64,000 bases of DNA, taken from NCBI GenBank assembly GCA_902531755.1, contig CACAFI010000002.1, forward strand, positions 12,321 through 76,320. Direction: 5' to 3'. The notes under the pieces were generated by a model. The model ran no database searches. It saw nothing but the letters and a program-made list of their open reading frames with translations, and was not told the origin of the DNA. Of this stretch, positions 26,877 to 36,078 are shown piece after piece (positions within the stretch are counted from its first letter, which is position 1; each line of letters starts with the position of its first letter). This DNA comes from an uncultured Alphaproteobacteria bacterium. GTDB lineage: Bacteria > Pseudomonadota > Alphaproteobacteria > Rhodobacterales > Rhodobacteraceae. The translations under genes were made by a program, and so were the position numbers.

Positions 26877-28166
26877 TTAAAGTCGAAGATCTGTTTCGTG
26901 TCGGGTAAATGTCCATTTCAGATCATATAAGACATGATTTTGTTTACCAAGGCTTCTAATTTTATTTAATCCCATTTCCTTAAATTGGTCATGAGCTACT
27001 GCTATTATTATTCCATCGTAAATTTTATCCTGAAAATTTTCGATAAGATCAATATCACATTCTCTTTTTGCTTCTTCTGGTGTTACCATAGGATCATAGA
27101 CATCCACTTGGCATTGCTCTTTACAAAGCTCCAAAAAAATATTTATTACTTGCGTATTTCTTAAGTCGGGGCAATTTTCTTTAAAGGTAAGCCCCATTAT
27201 CAATAGGTTTGCACCTTTAATTTTAATTTTCCGATGGGTCATTTCACCAATTAATTGAGCAACTACATATTTAGCCATGTTATCATTAAGCCTTCGTCCG
27301 GCCAGTATAATGTCAGGCACATAACCAGATCTTGAAGCTTTATATGAAAGATAATAAGGGTCAACTCCAATACAATGCCCCCCTACTAACCCCGGCTTAT
27401 AAGGCTGGAAATTCCACTTACTCTCAGCAGCTTTCAATACTGCTTGGGTATCAATTCCTAATTTATTAAATATAATAGCCAGCTCATTAGTGAGTGCTAT
27501 ATTTAAATCTCTTTGAGTGTTCTCAATAACTTTTGCTGCTTCAGCTATTCGTATACTGCTTGCCATATGTGTGCCTGCGACTATTATTTCATTATATAGA
27601 GCATCAACTAATATAGATATGTCAGGCGTTGAACCAGAGGTCACTTTTTTTATTGCCGTTAGTCTATGCTCTTTATCCCCTGGATTAATTCTCTCTGGAC
27701 TATAACCACAATAAAATTCTTCGTTGTACTTTAAACCAGAATATTTTTCAAGAATTGGTACGCATTCTTCCTCTGTTGCCCCGGGATACACAGTAGACTC
27801 ATAAATAACCAAATCTCCTTGATTTAGAATGCCACCGATTATTTCACTAGCTTTAAAAAGCATAGTCATATCAGGGTTCTTTTCAATATCTATGGGAGTT
27901 GGAACTGTTATGATGTAACAGTTTAAATTTTTAAGCTTTTCCAATGAAGTGGTGAAAGACAGATACTCTGCTTGCTTTAATTCATAATCGGAGACCTCAA
28001 GGGTCTTATCTTCGCCTGAAATAAGCTGTGCAATCCTCGCTTCATTAATGTCGAAGCCAACTACGGCCCGTTTTTTTCCAAACTCAACAGCGAGAGGTAA
28101 CCCAACGTAACCCAAACCGATAACACCAATCCGTAAATCTGCTTTATTTAGAATTGGTATACTCAA
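26877..28166 (-). CDS. UDP-N-acetyl-D-glucosamine (nucleotide sugar) 6-dehydrogenase, WbpO/TviB-like
   Basis: [18 protein letters not shown] and the GGHCIGVDP catalytic Cys region. TTG start. Confidence 0.85.
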   Translation of the reverse strand: MSIPILNKADLRIGVIGLGYVGLPLAVEFGKKRAVVGFDINEARIAQLISGEDKTLEVSDYELKQAEYLSFTTSLEKLKNLNCYIITVPTPIDIEKNPDMTMLFKASEIIGGILNQGDLVIYESTVYPGATEEECVPILEKYSGLKYNEEFYCGYSPERINPGDKEHRLTAIKKVTSGSTPDISILVDALYNEIIVAGTHMASSIRIAEAAKVIENTQRDLNIALTNELAIIFNKLGIDTQAVLKAAESKWNFQPYKPGLVGGHCIGVDPYYLSYKASRSGYVPDIILAGRRLNDNMAKYVVAQLIGEMTHRKIKIKGANLLIMGLTFKENCPDLRNTQVINIFLELCKEQCQVDVYDPMVTPEEAKRECDIDLIENFQDKIYDGIIIAVAHDQFKEMGLNKIRSLGKQNHVLYDLKWTFTRHETDLRL

Positions 28167-28195
28167 AAATTTTCCAATTGCTTATACTTTTAATA

Positions 28196-29623
28196 TCAAA
28201 TACGGGAATAATTATCTTCATATCTTATAATATCGTCTTCTCCTAAATATATTCCCGTCTGCACTTCAATGAGTATCATTTGAACCTTGCCTGGATTCTC
28301 TAGCCTATGTTTCTTGCCTAGCGGAATATAAACTGACTCACCTTCTGATAGTAATTGGACATTCTTCTCTACCGTAACCTTTGCGGTTCCCTCTACAACA
28401 ACCCAGTGCTCAGAGCGGTGATGATGGCTTTGAAGACTTAGAGCTGCTCCGGATTTAACCATAATTCGTTTTACTTGAAACCTAGTTCCTATTGTAAGTT
28501 GTTCAAACCAACCCCATGGCCTATGGTGCTTGGGAAAAACTTCAGATTGGGAAATGTTTTTATGTTTGAGGCTTTGGACAATCATTCTTATATCTTGAGA
28601 ATTATCTTTATTAGCTACCAAGACAGCATCTGGCATAGCCACTGCAATTATGTTTTCTAAACCTAGACCAACAATCTCTTGGTTTTCATTTTCCGAGCGT
28701 AAGAGACTATTAATGCACTGGATGGCATGTGCATTTGAAGAAAGCGCAACCCCATTTTTATCTCGATCCATCTTTTCCCATACCGAGTCCCAACCGCCTA
28801 AATCAGACCAAGTTCCACTGAAAGGTACAGCAACTACGTTGGGTGCCTTTTCCATAATAGCGTAATCAATACTTATATTTTGACAAATTGACCAAGCCTC
28901 TGATTGTAATCTGTAAAAACCTAAATCTTTAACACCATTAGTTACGGAGTCAGAAACTGGTTCAATTAAGTTAACGCAGTGATTCTCAAAGGCTTTGATG
29001 ATATCTTTGGAGCGAAACATAAACATTCCTGAATTCCATAGAAAATTTGATTTTTCAAACATTTTCTCTGCAATTTTTTTCTCAGGCTTTTCTATAAACT
29101 TATCTACCTTAAGGGCACTTCTTTGAGTTATTGTAGATGTTTCTAAATATCCGTAACCTGTCTCCGCCCTAGTTGGCGAAATACCAAAAGTAACTAAATT
29201 TCCTCTTTGAACCTCTTCGGCTCCTATCGATATACATTCATGAAGTTTCTCAACTTCACTTATTTTATGATCTGATGGAGATATGAACAGTATAGATTCT
29301 GTATCTGATTCATAAGCATATAGACTAGCCGCTAATATTGCAGGGCCGGTGTTGCGAACACTTGGTTCAATCAAAATTGGCCCCGGATTTATCCCTATTT
29401 CAAGCAACTGCTCGGTTACAATAAACCTATAGTCTGAATTTGTTAAAACTATATGAGGCAAAAACTTTAGCTCTTTTCCAGCGGATAATCTTAAGGCAGC
29501 CTGTTGAAATAAAGAATTAGAACCAATCAGATTTGAAAATTGCTTAGGGTAAGATTTTCTCGAGAGAGGCCATAATCTTGATCCTGCACCCCCTGCTAAT
29601 AAAACGGGTATAATTGGTTTCAA
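28196..29623 (-). CDS. manC: Mannose-1-phosphate guanylyltransferase / mannose-6-phosphate isomerase (bifunctional type II PMI-GMP)
   Basis: PVLLAGGAGSRLWPLSR N-terminus and a C-terminal cupin (QSHHHRSEHWVVVEGTA). TTG start overlapping the galU TGA. Confidence 0.9.
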   Translation of the reverse strand: MKPIIPVLLAGGAGSRLWPLSRKSYPKQFSNLIGSNSLFQQAALRLSAGKELKFLPHIVLTNSDYRFIVTEQLLEIGINPGPILIEPSVRNTGPAILAASLYAYESDTESILFISPSDHKISEVEKLHECISIGAEEVQRGNLVTFGISPTRAETGYGYLETSTITQRSALKVDKFIEKPEKKIAEKMFEKSNFLWNSGMFMFRSKDIIKAFENHCVNLIEPVSDSVTNGVKDLGFYRLQSEAWSICQNISIDYAIMEKAPNVVAVPFSGTWSDLGGWDSVWEKMDRDKNGVALSSNAHAIQCINSLLRSENENQEIVGLGLENIIAVAMPDAVLVANKDNSQDIRMIVQSLKHKNISQSEVFPKHHRPWGWFEQLTIGTRFQVKRIMVKSGAALSLQSHHHRSEHWVVVEGTAKVTVEKNVQLLSEGESVYIPLGKKHRLENPGKVQMILIEVQTGIYLGEDDIIRYEDNYSRI

Positions 29624-30450
29624 CTTGATTTCTTCCTTTTTTTATACTCATACTCAATTGCTCTCATATATCCATCTACAGAGCCACAATCGAATCTTTG
29701 TCCTTGAATTTTGATTGACTCAATAGTCTCACTTTTTGCAAGTTGATGAATTGCATCTGCTAACTGAATTTCCTCACCTTTTTTTGCATTTATTTTTTTT
29801 AATATTTCAAAAATCTTTGGAGGCAACACATATCTACCAACAGAGGCAAGATCTGATGGTGCACTTTCAAAATCTGGCTTTTCTATTAATCCTAAAACTA
29901 TATTTGTTTTTACTTTTGGTACCACAACTCCATATTTTGAGATCTCTTTTCCAGTTATTGGTAAAACAGATATCTGAGCGTTCCCACTTTGGTGATATCT
30001 GTGTACTAAACTTTTCATCATGCCACTCTTAGAGCCTGTTAAAAAATCATCTGCCAATAAGACTGCAAAAGGTTCGCTTCCTACAGTTCTTTCAGCACAT
30101 AGTATTGCATGCCCAAGACCCAACTGCCTAGCTTGCCGAACGAAAATACACTCAACACCTGCAGGCAAAATATTATGAACCTTCTCTAATTGAGCGAACT
30201 GACCTTTTTCAGTTAAAGTATTCTCCAATTCACTATTTGCATCAAAATGATCTTCAATAGCTCTCTTATTTCTTCCAGTCACAAATATTAAAGTATCAAT
30301 TCCCGCTTCCACAGCCTCTTCAGCGGCATACTGGATCAAAGGTTTGTCCACTATGGGCAGAAGCTCTTTGGGCATTGCTTTTGTTGCTGGCAGAAATCGA
30401 GTTCCAAGACCAGCGACTGGAAAAACCGCTTTCTTAACTTGTTTCTTCAC
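29620..30450 (-). CDS. galU: UTP-glucose-1-phosphate uridylyltransferase
   Basis: AVFPVAGLGTRFLPATKAMPKELLPIVDKPLIQY is the GalU signature. GTG start. Confidence 0.9.
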   Translation of the reverse strand: MKKQVKKAVFPVAGLGTRFLPATKAMPKELLPIVDKPLIQYAAEEAVEAGIDTLIFVTGRNKRAIEDHFDANSELENTLTEKGQFAQLEKVHNILPAGVECIFVRQARQLGLGHAILCAERTVGSEPFAVLLADDFLTGSKSGMMKSLVHRYHQSGNAQISVLPITGKEISKYGVVVPKVKTNIVLGLIEKPDFESAPSDLASVGRYVLPPKIFEILKKINAKKGEEIQLADAIHQLAKSETIESIKIQGQRFDCGSVDGYMRAIEYEYKKRKKSS

Positions 30451-30576
30451 TTTTTTTACAGTTTAATATTTCTTTCAATCTTAATCCAACATTCGCCATT
30501 ATAACAGGCTCAAAAATTTTCGATACTAGTAAAACGCTTGCGATTTAAATGGAATATTTAGTTGCAGGCGAATAAA

Positions 30577-31956
30577 TCACTGATCAAATTCGTTTATTAA
30601 TTTTGATATCATTTTGAGCCTAGTCTCTACGATTTGATAAGACTCATTAGACTCGATATTTAATCTAATAAGGGGCTCAGTATTTGATTTACGAATATTA
30701 AATCGCCAGTTTTCAAAAGAAAAACTAACTCCATCTATCTTTTCGACGACTGAAACTGGGCTAAATTTTTCGGTTATCGAGGTCAATATTTTATCTGGGT
30801 TAGCTACCTCAAAGTTTATTTCCCCACTACTTGGAAATTTTGCAATTCTTTCATTAATCAGACCTCCTAAAGTCTTATCACTTTTACCAAGAAAATCCAA
30901 CATAAGCAAAAAAGCAATCATACCGCTATCACAATAATAAAAGTCTCTAAAATAGTGATGAGCAGAAATTTCACCGCCATAAATCGCATCGTATTTTCGC
31001 ATTAAAGCTTTAAAATGAGAGTGCCCCGTCTTTGATAAAATTCCAATTCCTCTATTATTCTTTATTATATCCTCAGTATTCCAAATAACTCTTGGATCAT
31101 AAATTATAGTAGAATCCTTATCCTTCAAAAGAAAAGCTTCTGCCAGCAGTCCGACCACGTACTCCCCCGGCACGAACTTACCATCTTTATCAAAGAAAAA
31201 ACACCTATCAAAATCACCGTCAAAGGCAACACCAAAATCTGCTTTTTTCTGTTTCACTAAATTACCTGTTAACTCCTGATTTTCCTTCAGCAAAGGATTA
31301 GGAATGCCCTTTGGGAAATTTGGATCAGGTTGATTCAAAAATTCATAAAATATTATTTTTCTATTTTTGAAATGTAGCTTTTTTATAATTTTACCCAGAG
31401 TAGGTCCCGCTGCACCGTTGCCACAATTAACGACTACTTTTAATGGTTTTGAAAAGTCTAAATCTACGAAACTAAGTACTTTATCCACATATTTACTCCT
31501 CGCTTCTTGAGATATATTTTTATACCCTCCCTTTTTCCTATCTAGCCAAATGCCATGTTCTGATAAATCTCTGATTTTCAAAAGTTCAATTTCATTATCT
31601 AGTGGAGCTGCTCCATACTTAACCATCTTTAGCCCGTTATATTCTAGGGGATTATGAGAGGCGGTTACTTCAATACCAGCGCACGCTGAAAATTGATTTA
31701 CTGCTGAGTACATTTCTTCAGTACCTGCCATTCCAATTTCTAATACATCTGAACCAGCATCCATCACACCCTGCGATGCAGTTTCTGCAAAACTTTTGGA
31801 AGTTTGTCGTGCATCAAAACCGACGACGATTTTCTTCGCCTCTAAATATTGAGCTAAGGATCTTGAAACCCTGTATACAACATCCTCGTCAAATCCTTTT
31901 CCAATGATACCTCTTACATCATAAGCTTTAAAACATTTAATCTCTCTGAAATTCAT
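30577..31956 (-). CDS. Phosphomannomutase/phosphoglucomutase
   Basis: Active-site TASHNP, metal loop AFDGDFDR and sugar loop GGEISAH. Confidence 0.9.
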   Translation of the reverse strand: MNFREIKCFKAYDVRGIIGKGFDEDVVYRVSRSLAQYLEAKKIVVGFDARQTSKSFAETASQGVMDAGSDVLEIGMAGTEEMYSAVNQFSACAGIEVTASHNPLEYNGLKMVKYGAAPLDNEIELLKIRDLSEHGIWLDRKKGGYKNISQEARSKYVDKVLSFVDLDFSKPLKVVVNCGNGAAGPTLGKIIKKLHFKNRKIIFYEFLNQPDPNFPKGIPNPLLKENQELTGNLVKQKKADFGVAFDGDFDRCFFFDKDGKFVPGEYVVGLLAEAFLLKDKDSTIIYDPRVIWNTEDIIKNNRGIGILSKTGHSHFKALMRKYDAIYGGEISAHHYFRDFYYCDSGMIAFLLMLDFLGKSDKTLGGLINERIAKFPSSGEINFEVANPDKILTSITEKFSPVSVVEKIDGVSFSFENWRFNIRKSNTEPLIRLNIESNESYQIVETRLKMISKLINEFDQ

Positions 31957-31978
31957 TGTTTGTATAAATTTATTTTAT

Positions 31979-32335
31979 TTAAGATTTGATTTTGGTTGAC
32001 AACTTAGTTTCTCTTTCCAATGCATCTATCTCTTTTCGAAGTTCCTCAAATTCCCTTTTTTTCCTTTTAATGAATCCAATGGTTAAGACGCTTTTTTCTC
32101 TGATACCTTTAGGTGTTAGAAGGTAAACGTACTGTTTTTTTGTTTTACTGGATTTAAAATTATCTAGCTTGACAAATCCTTTTTCGATCAAAGCCATTAA
32201 TATATAGTATGCATACCCATTCGAAACACCGAGTTTTTCAGCTATTTTCCTCGTAGACAACTCGGGCCTTGTGCTAATCAAATGTAATAACCTAAAGCTG
32301 GCATCTGCCAATCTTTTTTCTTTTTGGCTAACCAA
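31979..32335 (-). CDS. MarR-family EPS-associated winged-helix transcriptional regulator
   Basis: 118 aa with LLHLISTRPELSTRKIAEKLGVSNGYAYYILMALIEKGFV HTH and a C-terminal coiled coil. TTG start 7 nt after GGAG. Confidence 0.75.
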   Translation of the reverse strand: MVSQKEKRLADASFRLLHLISTRPELSTRKIAEKLGVSNGYAYYILMALIEKGFVKLDNFKSSKTKKQYVYLLTPKGIREKSVLTIGFIKRKKREFEELRKEIDALERETKLSTKIKS

Positions 32336-32346
32336 TAGTGATCTCC

Positions 32347-32358
32347 AAAGCTACCGCA
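32347..32358 (-). promoter_or_regulatory. ops-like element (TGCGGTAGCTTT on the coding strand) in the leader upstream of the MarR-like gene
   Basis: The minus-strand sequence reads CCGGTGCGGTAGCTTTGGAGATCACTATTG. The core GCGGTAG matches positions 2-8 of the enterobacterial ops consensus GGCGGTAGnnTG, and position 11 (T) also matches. An RfaH-like protein is encoded at 37476. Confidence 0.3.
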
Positions 32359-32527
32359 CCGGCTCCCTTTTTAGAAAGCCGTATTCTGGAAAAAAATTAA
32401 AAATCAGAACAATCATGAGGTTGCTCATTTTTGAACACTATATTATTAGTCATTTTTCGGCAAGAAAAATTAAAGAAGTAAGATGCCACTTAATATGAAG
32501 TTTTTAATAGGACTGTAATGAACGAGA

Positions 32528-33688
32528 CTAAAATGTATATCTGTTTGAAAGCAAGTAAAATATAAGCCTTCCTCTATTAATCGGATACATGAGCAGATTG
32601 TTGATAGTATATACAAAAAATTTCATAAAAAACCAAAATGAAAGACCTCTCTTACCAAATCTAGATCGCTTTAGTGCCTCTTTATGAGGAAGAATTTCTC
32701 CTTTCCAAGGTAGAAAGCAAGCAAATAGAGCCAATATTTTATTTGAAAATGACTTAGGGAAGACACCTTTATACCCTAAGGCGTTCATGCTATTCTCAAA
32801 TAAAAACTCTATCATTCTAATTTCAGAAGAAGACATTTGAGTTCTCCAGCGAAAAGCAATTTCAGGGTTTATTCCAGTTATACCAGTGTCATTAAATGCA
32901 CTACTCGAAATGCTTGGCTTACCAATTCTAGTGGTTTTGAGCAGATTTTTGTTGAACTCCACGCCCAACCAGCGACATAGACTTGAAATGGTTCTTTTTG
33001 GGGCAGTCAAAATCTCCTCATGCTTTACAATCTTTAGCCTATCTTTAAAAGTTTTTTGATTTCGATGAAGCATTTTCATATTTGTCACCATATAGTCGTT
33101 CAGAATATGAAAAAATACGTTTCTTATTGTCCCGGAAATTGGGTTCATGGTACCCAGAGCTTGTCTATAATATTCCTTAAGAGAGTGAATGTTAGACCTA
33201 TGATCTTTTAAGATGTGAATAAATCGAGCTTCTGGAAAATCTTTAATTATAAAGCTCGTATAGTCACTATAGTAACCATCAGCAACAATTATTTTAAGTT
33301 TTTGGAAATCCTTTTTTAGAACTTTTGCGAAAGCGTAATAAATGGCAATTCGTGTGTTACGAGAGCAAACATGATTTTTGGATAAATATTGCCTGAAAAA
33401 CTTTTCATATAATTTCCAATTTATCATGGAGTAATCTTGTCTAGCACCCATATTTATAAAATAATCTTGCTTAAAGTTGACGATTTTTGAGGAGTAAAGA
33501 ACCTTATCGACTACATCATCAATGCTACTTTCATTATTAAGTTTGTTCTGGATCCAAACGGAACTAAATTTATCATTGAATGGCAGAACAACTATTTCGT
33601 CGTGATTGTCTAACAGAGTCCTCAATAAATCTGAACCGGATCTACCAGCCCCTTGCAAAAAAACTATAGGAAGTTGTTCAAATCTCAT
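32528..33688 (-). CDS. Sulfotransferase family protein with hydrophobic C-terminal tail
   Basis: Canonical-like 5'-PSB loop LQGAGRSGSDLLRTLLDNHDEI and 3'-phosphate region IHILKDHRSNIHS. Paralog of 9766..10938. Confidence 0.7.
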   Translation of the reverse strand: MRFEQLPIVFLQGAGRSGSDLLRTLLDNHDEIVVLPFNDKFSSVWIQNKLNNESSIDDVVDKVLYSSKIVNFKQDYFINMGARQDYSMINWKLYEKFFRQYLSKNHVCSRNTRIAIYYAFAKVLKKDFQKLKIIVADGYYSDYTSFIIKDFPEARFIHILKDHRSNIHSLKEYYRQALGTMNPISGTIRNVFFHILNDYMVTNMKMLHRNQKTFKDRLKIVKHEEILTAPKRTISSLCRWLGVEFNKNLLKTTRIGKPSISSSAFNDTGITGINPEIAFRWRTQMSSSEIRMIEFLFENSMNALGYKGVFPKSFSNKILALFACFLPWKGEILPHKEALKRSRFGKRGLSFWFFMKFFVYTINNLLMYPINRGRLIFYLLSNRYTF

Positions 33689-33939
33689 TTATTTTTGGAA
33701 TGCAAATCTTATCTTTTTTATACATCCAATGATATTATTTAAGTACATTATTATCAACAATTTATAATCTTTTTCAAGTGCCCTCAAAAGGGCGGACTCT
33801 ATCAAAACTTTTTTAAATTTTGTAACGATATTGAATTAGGCGTTTAATATGTGCGTAATATGAATTATAAAAGATTTTAGTTTTAAATCTTATAACTATT
33901 TTTTACTGAAGGTAATGCGATTATTCAGGTGGTAAAATC

Positions 33940-35010
33940 ATGACGACCTTGAAACTAAAATCTGAGCAGTTTTTGGATTGCTTAAACATTGCGGGGGGGT
34001 TGTTTAATCCTTTAGACGGGTTCATGTCATGTAAGGAAATTAATAGTGTATTGAATGACCTCTATTTGTTAAATGGTTCGCCATGGACAATTCCTATATC
34101 TCTAGACGTCCCTTATGAAATTTACTTCCGAAAAAGTCAGATAGATATTATGTCGCTTGAATTTGATCACAAGGGTGTTGGTAGTTTAGAGGTAGATGGT
34201 TTTTATGAGTTAGATCAACAAGCTTACATAAAAGCTCTTTATGGAACAGAAGATGAAGAACACCCCGGTGTAAAACAAGAAATGACAAAATCAAAATACA
34301 GGGTTGCTGGCAAGATTAAAATAAATGAAAAGGTTATGCGAAACTATATCGAGTCTGCTGAGATAATAAAATCTCAATTGAAGGGGAAAGGATGGGACTC
34401 AATAGTTGGGTTCCAGACAAGAAATCCTATCCATAGAGCGCACGAATATCTTCAAAGAACTGTTTTGGAGCTTTTTGATGGATTGTTTATAAATCCCTTA
34501 ACTGGATGGAAGAAGAAAGGTGACTTTACTGAAAAAGCAGTGCTAAACGGTTATGAAGCGATGATAGAGAATTATTATTCTGGATTAAATGTCTTTATGA
34601 AACCTCTTAGAACCTCTATGAAATATGCAGGGCCTAAAGAAGCAATACATCATGCGATACTAAGAAAGAACATTGGTTGCACTCACTTTATAGTAGGTAG
34701 AGATCATGCTGGGGTGTCAAACTATTATGGAGATTATGAAGCCCACTCGTTGATTAATAAATTAAAAATGAACGGATATAATATAGGCATTAAAATACTT
34801 TTAATGAAGGAACCAGTTTATTGTAATTTTTGTGGACATGTGGTTACAGAAAACTCTTGTTCACATGAATCTAAATATAAGGAAAAAATAAGTGGAACCC
34901 AAATAAGACTTTTGTTAAAACGAGGCGAAATGCCTCCAGCCAGATTCATGAGAGAAGAAGTATCGAAGGCTGTAATGAGCTTAGGCAAAAATATATTTAT
35001 AAACTCATGA
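33940..35010 (+). CDS. sat: Sulfate adenylyltransferase (ATP sulfurylase, single-subunit Sat type)
   Basis: QTRNPIHRAHEYL and VGRDHAGV motifs. Size is 356 aa. Confidence 0.9.
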   Translation: MTTLKLKSEQFLDCLNIAGGLFNPLDGFMSCKEINSVLNDLYLLNGSPWTIPISLDVPYEIYFRKSQIDIMSLEFDHKGVGSLEVDGFYELDQQAYIKALYGTEDEEHPGVKQEMTKSKYRVAGKIKINEKVMRNYIESAEIIKSQLKGKGWDSIVGFQTRNPIHRAHEYLQRTVLELFDGLFINPLTGWKKKGDFTEKAVLNGYEAMIENYYSGLNVFMKPLRTSMKYAGPKEAIHHAILRKNIGCTHFIVGRDHAGVSNYYGDYEAHSLINKLKMNGYNIGIKILLMKEPVYCNFCGHVVTENSCSHESKYKEKISGTQIRLLLKRGEMPPARFMREEVSKAVMSLGKNIFINS

Positions 35011-35020
35011 AAGGATTTCA

Positions 35021-35965
35021 ATGGAAAAGATAATTGCAACTGTAGGGCCATCTCTTTTAAACCAATATCCGATAAATAAAGTATATTCAGATGATTTAAT
35101 TTTCCGCGTAAATGGTGCACATGGAAGCATATCTCATATAAAAGAGTATATAGAAAAAATAAGAAGAGAGAGAAAAGATGCATTAATTCTTATGGATTTG
35201 CCAGGCAATAAAATCAGAACAAATAATATAAACGAACCTATAAAACTAAAAGTTGGAGAACCATTTGAATTAAATTTCCAACAGACCAACTTTGCTAACT
35301 TTTTTAAATATATTAAGAAAGGAGACAAAGTTTGGGCAAATGACTCGACTTATGAATTTGAAGTTATGAAAGTAAATCAAGAGCATGAAATTATTACCTT
35401 TCTTTCTAAATCCGAAGGTCTTCTTCTAAACAATAAAGGAATGCATGTGAGGGGAATTCATAAGGATATTCCCTTCCTTTTTGATAAAGACATCAAACTT
35501 ATTGAATTAGCAAATAAGATGGATTTACAATTTATCGGTCTATCGTTTGTTAGAAACTTGAAAGATATAAAAAGTGCTAAAGAGCTTGTTAACCAGAATG
35601 TACAAATTATTACAAAGGTTGAGACGAAGGCTGCCGTTGAGAATCTTAACGAAATTTTAAATAATACCGACTTTATATTAATTGACAGAGGAGACCTATC
35701 AACTGAAGTAGGTCTGGAAAATATACCGTCTTACCAGAAGCATATCTTAAGTATAGCTAAGGTGCACGGAGTAAAAACATTTTTGGCAACACAATTTCTT
35801 AAAAATATGGAACACAACCCTGTCCCATCGATACCAGAGATAATAGATTTATATAACACCATTACAGAGGGTATTTATGGCATTCAACTGTCTGAAGAAA
35901 CTGCTGTCGGCAAGCATCCCTATAGCTGTATACAACTCGTAAGAAACATGTTAAAAAAAACCTAG
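35021..35965 (+). CDS. Pyruvate kinase-like protein, A+B domains only (no C-terminal regulatory domain)
   Basis: PK motifs are present: FRVNGAHG, MDLPGNKIRT, KVETKAAVENL, IDRGDLSTEVG, ATQFLKNM, SEETAVGKHP. The PTRAE motif is altered to PSIPE, and the protein ends ~25 aa after GKHP. Confidence 0.75.
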   Translation: MEKIIATVGPSLLNQYPINKVYSDDLIFRVNGAHGSISHIKEYIEKIRRERKDALILMDLPGNKIRTNNINEPIKLKVGEPFELNFQQTNFANFFKYIKKGDKVWANDSTYEFEVMKVNQEHEIITFLSKSEGLLLNNKGMHVRGIHKDIPFLFDKDIKLIELANKMDLQFIGLSFVRNLKDIKSAKELVNQNVQIITKVETKAAVENLNEILNNTDFILIDRGDLSTEVGLENIPSYQKHILSIAKVHGVKTFLATQFLKNMEHNPVPSIPEIIDLYNTITEGIYGIQLSEETAVGKHPYSCIQLVRNMLKKT

Positions 35966-36078
35966 TTTTATAAGAGCAGAGTGAGAAATAAAACTTTAAA
36001 AATTATGTTGTTCTTTCGGTGAGTGTGCTTGAAGAAAATTAATAATATTTTTAAAAAAAGAAAAAGGATCTATCTGAT

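Noticed and set aside
33790-33797. GGGCGGAC upstream of sat as a second ops-like site
   Set aside because: Only the GGCGG part matches the ops consensus; the critical TAG is absent. The match is too weak.
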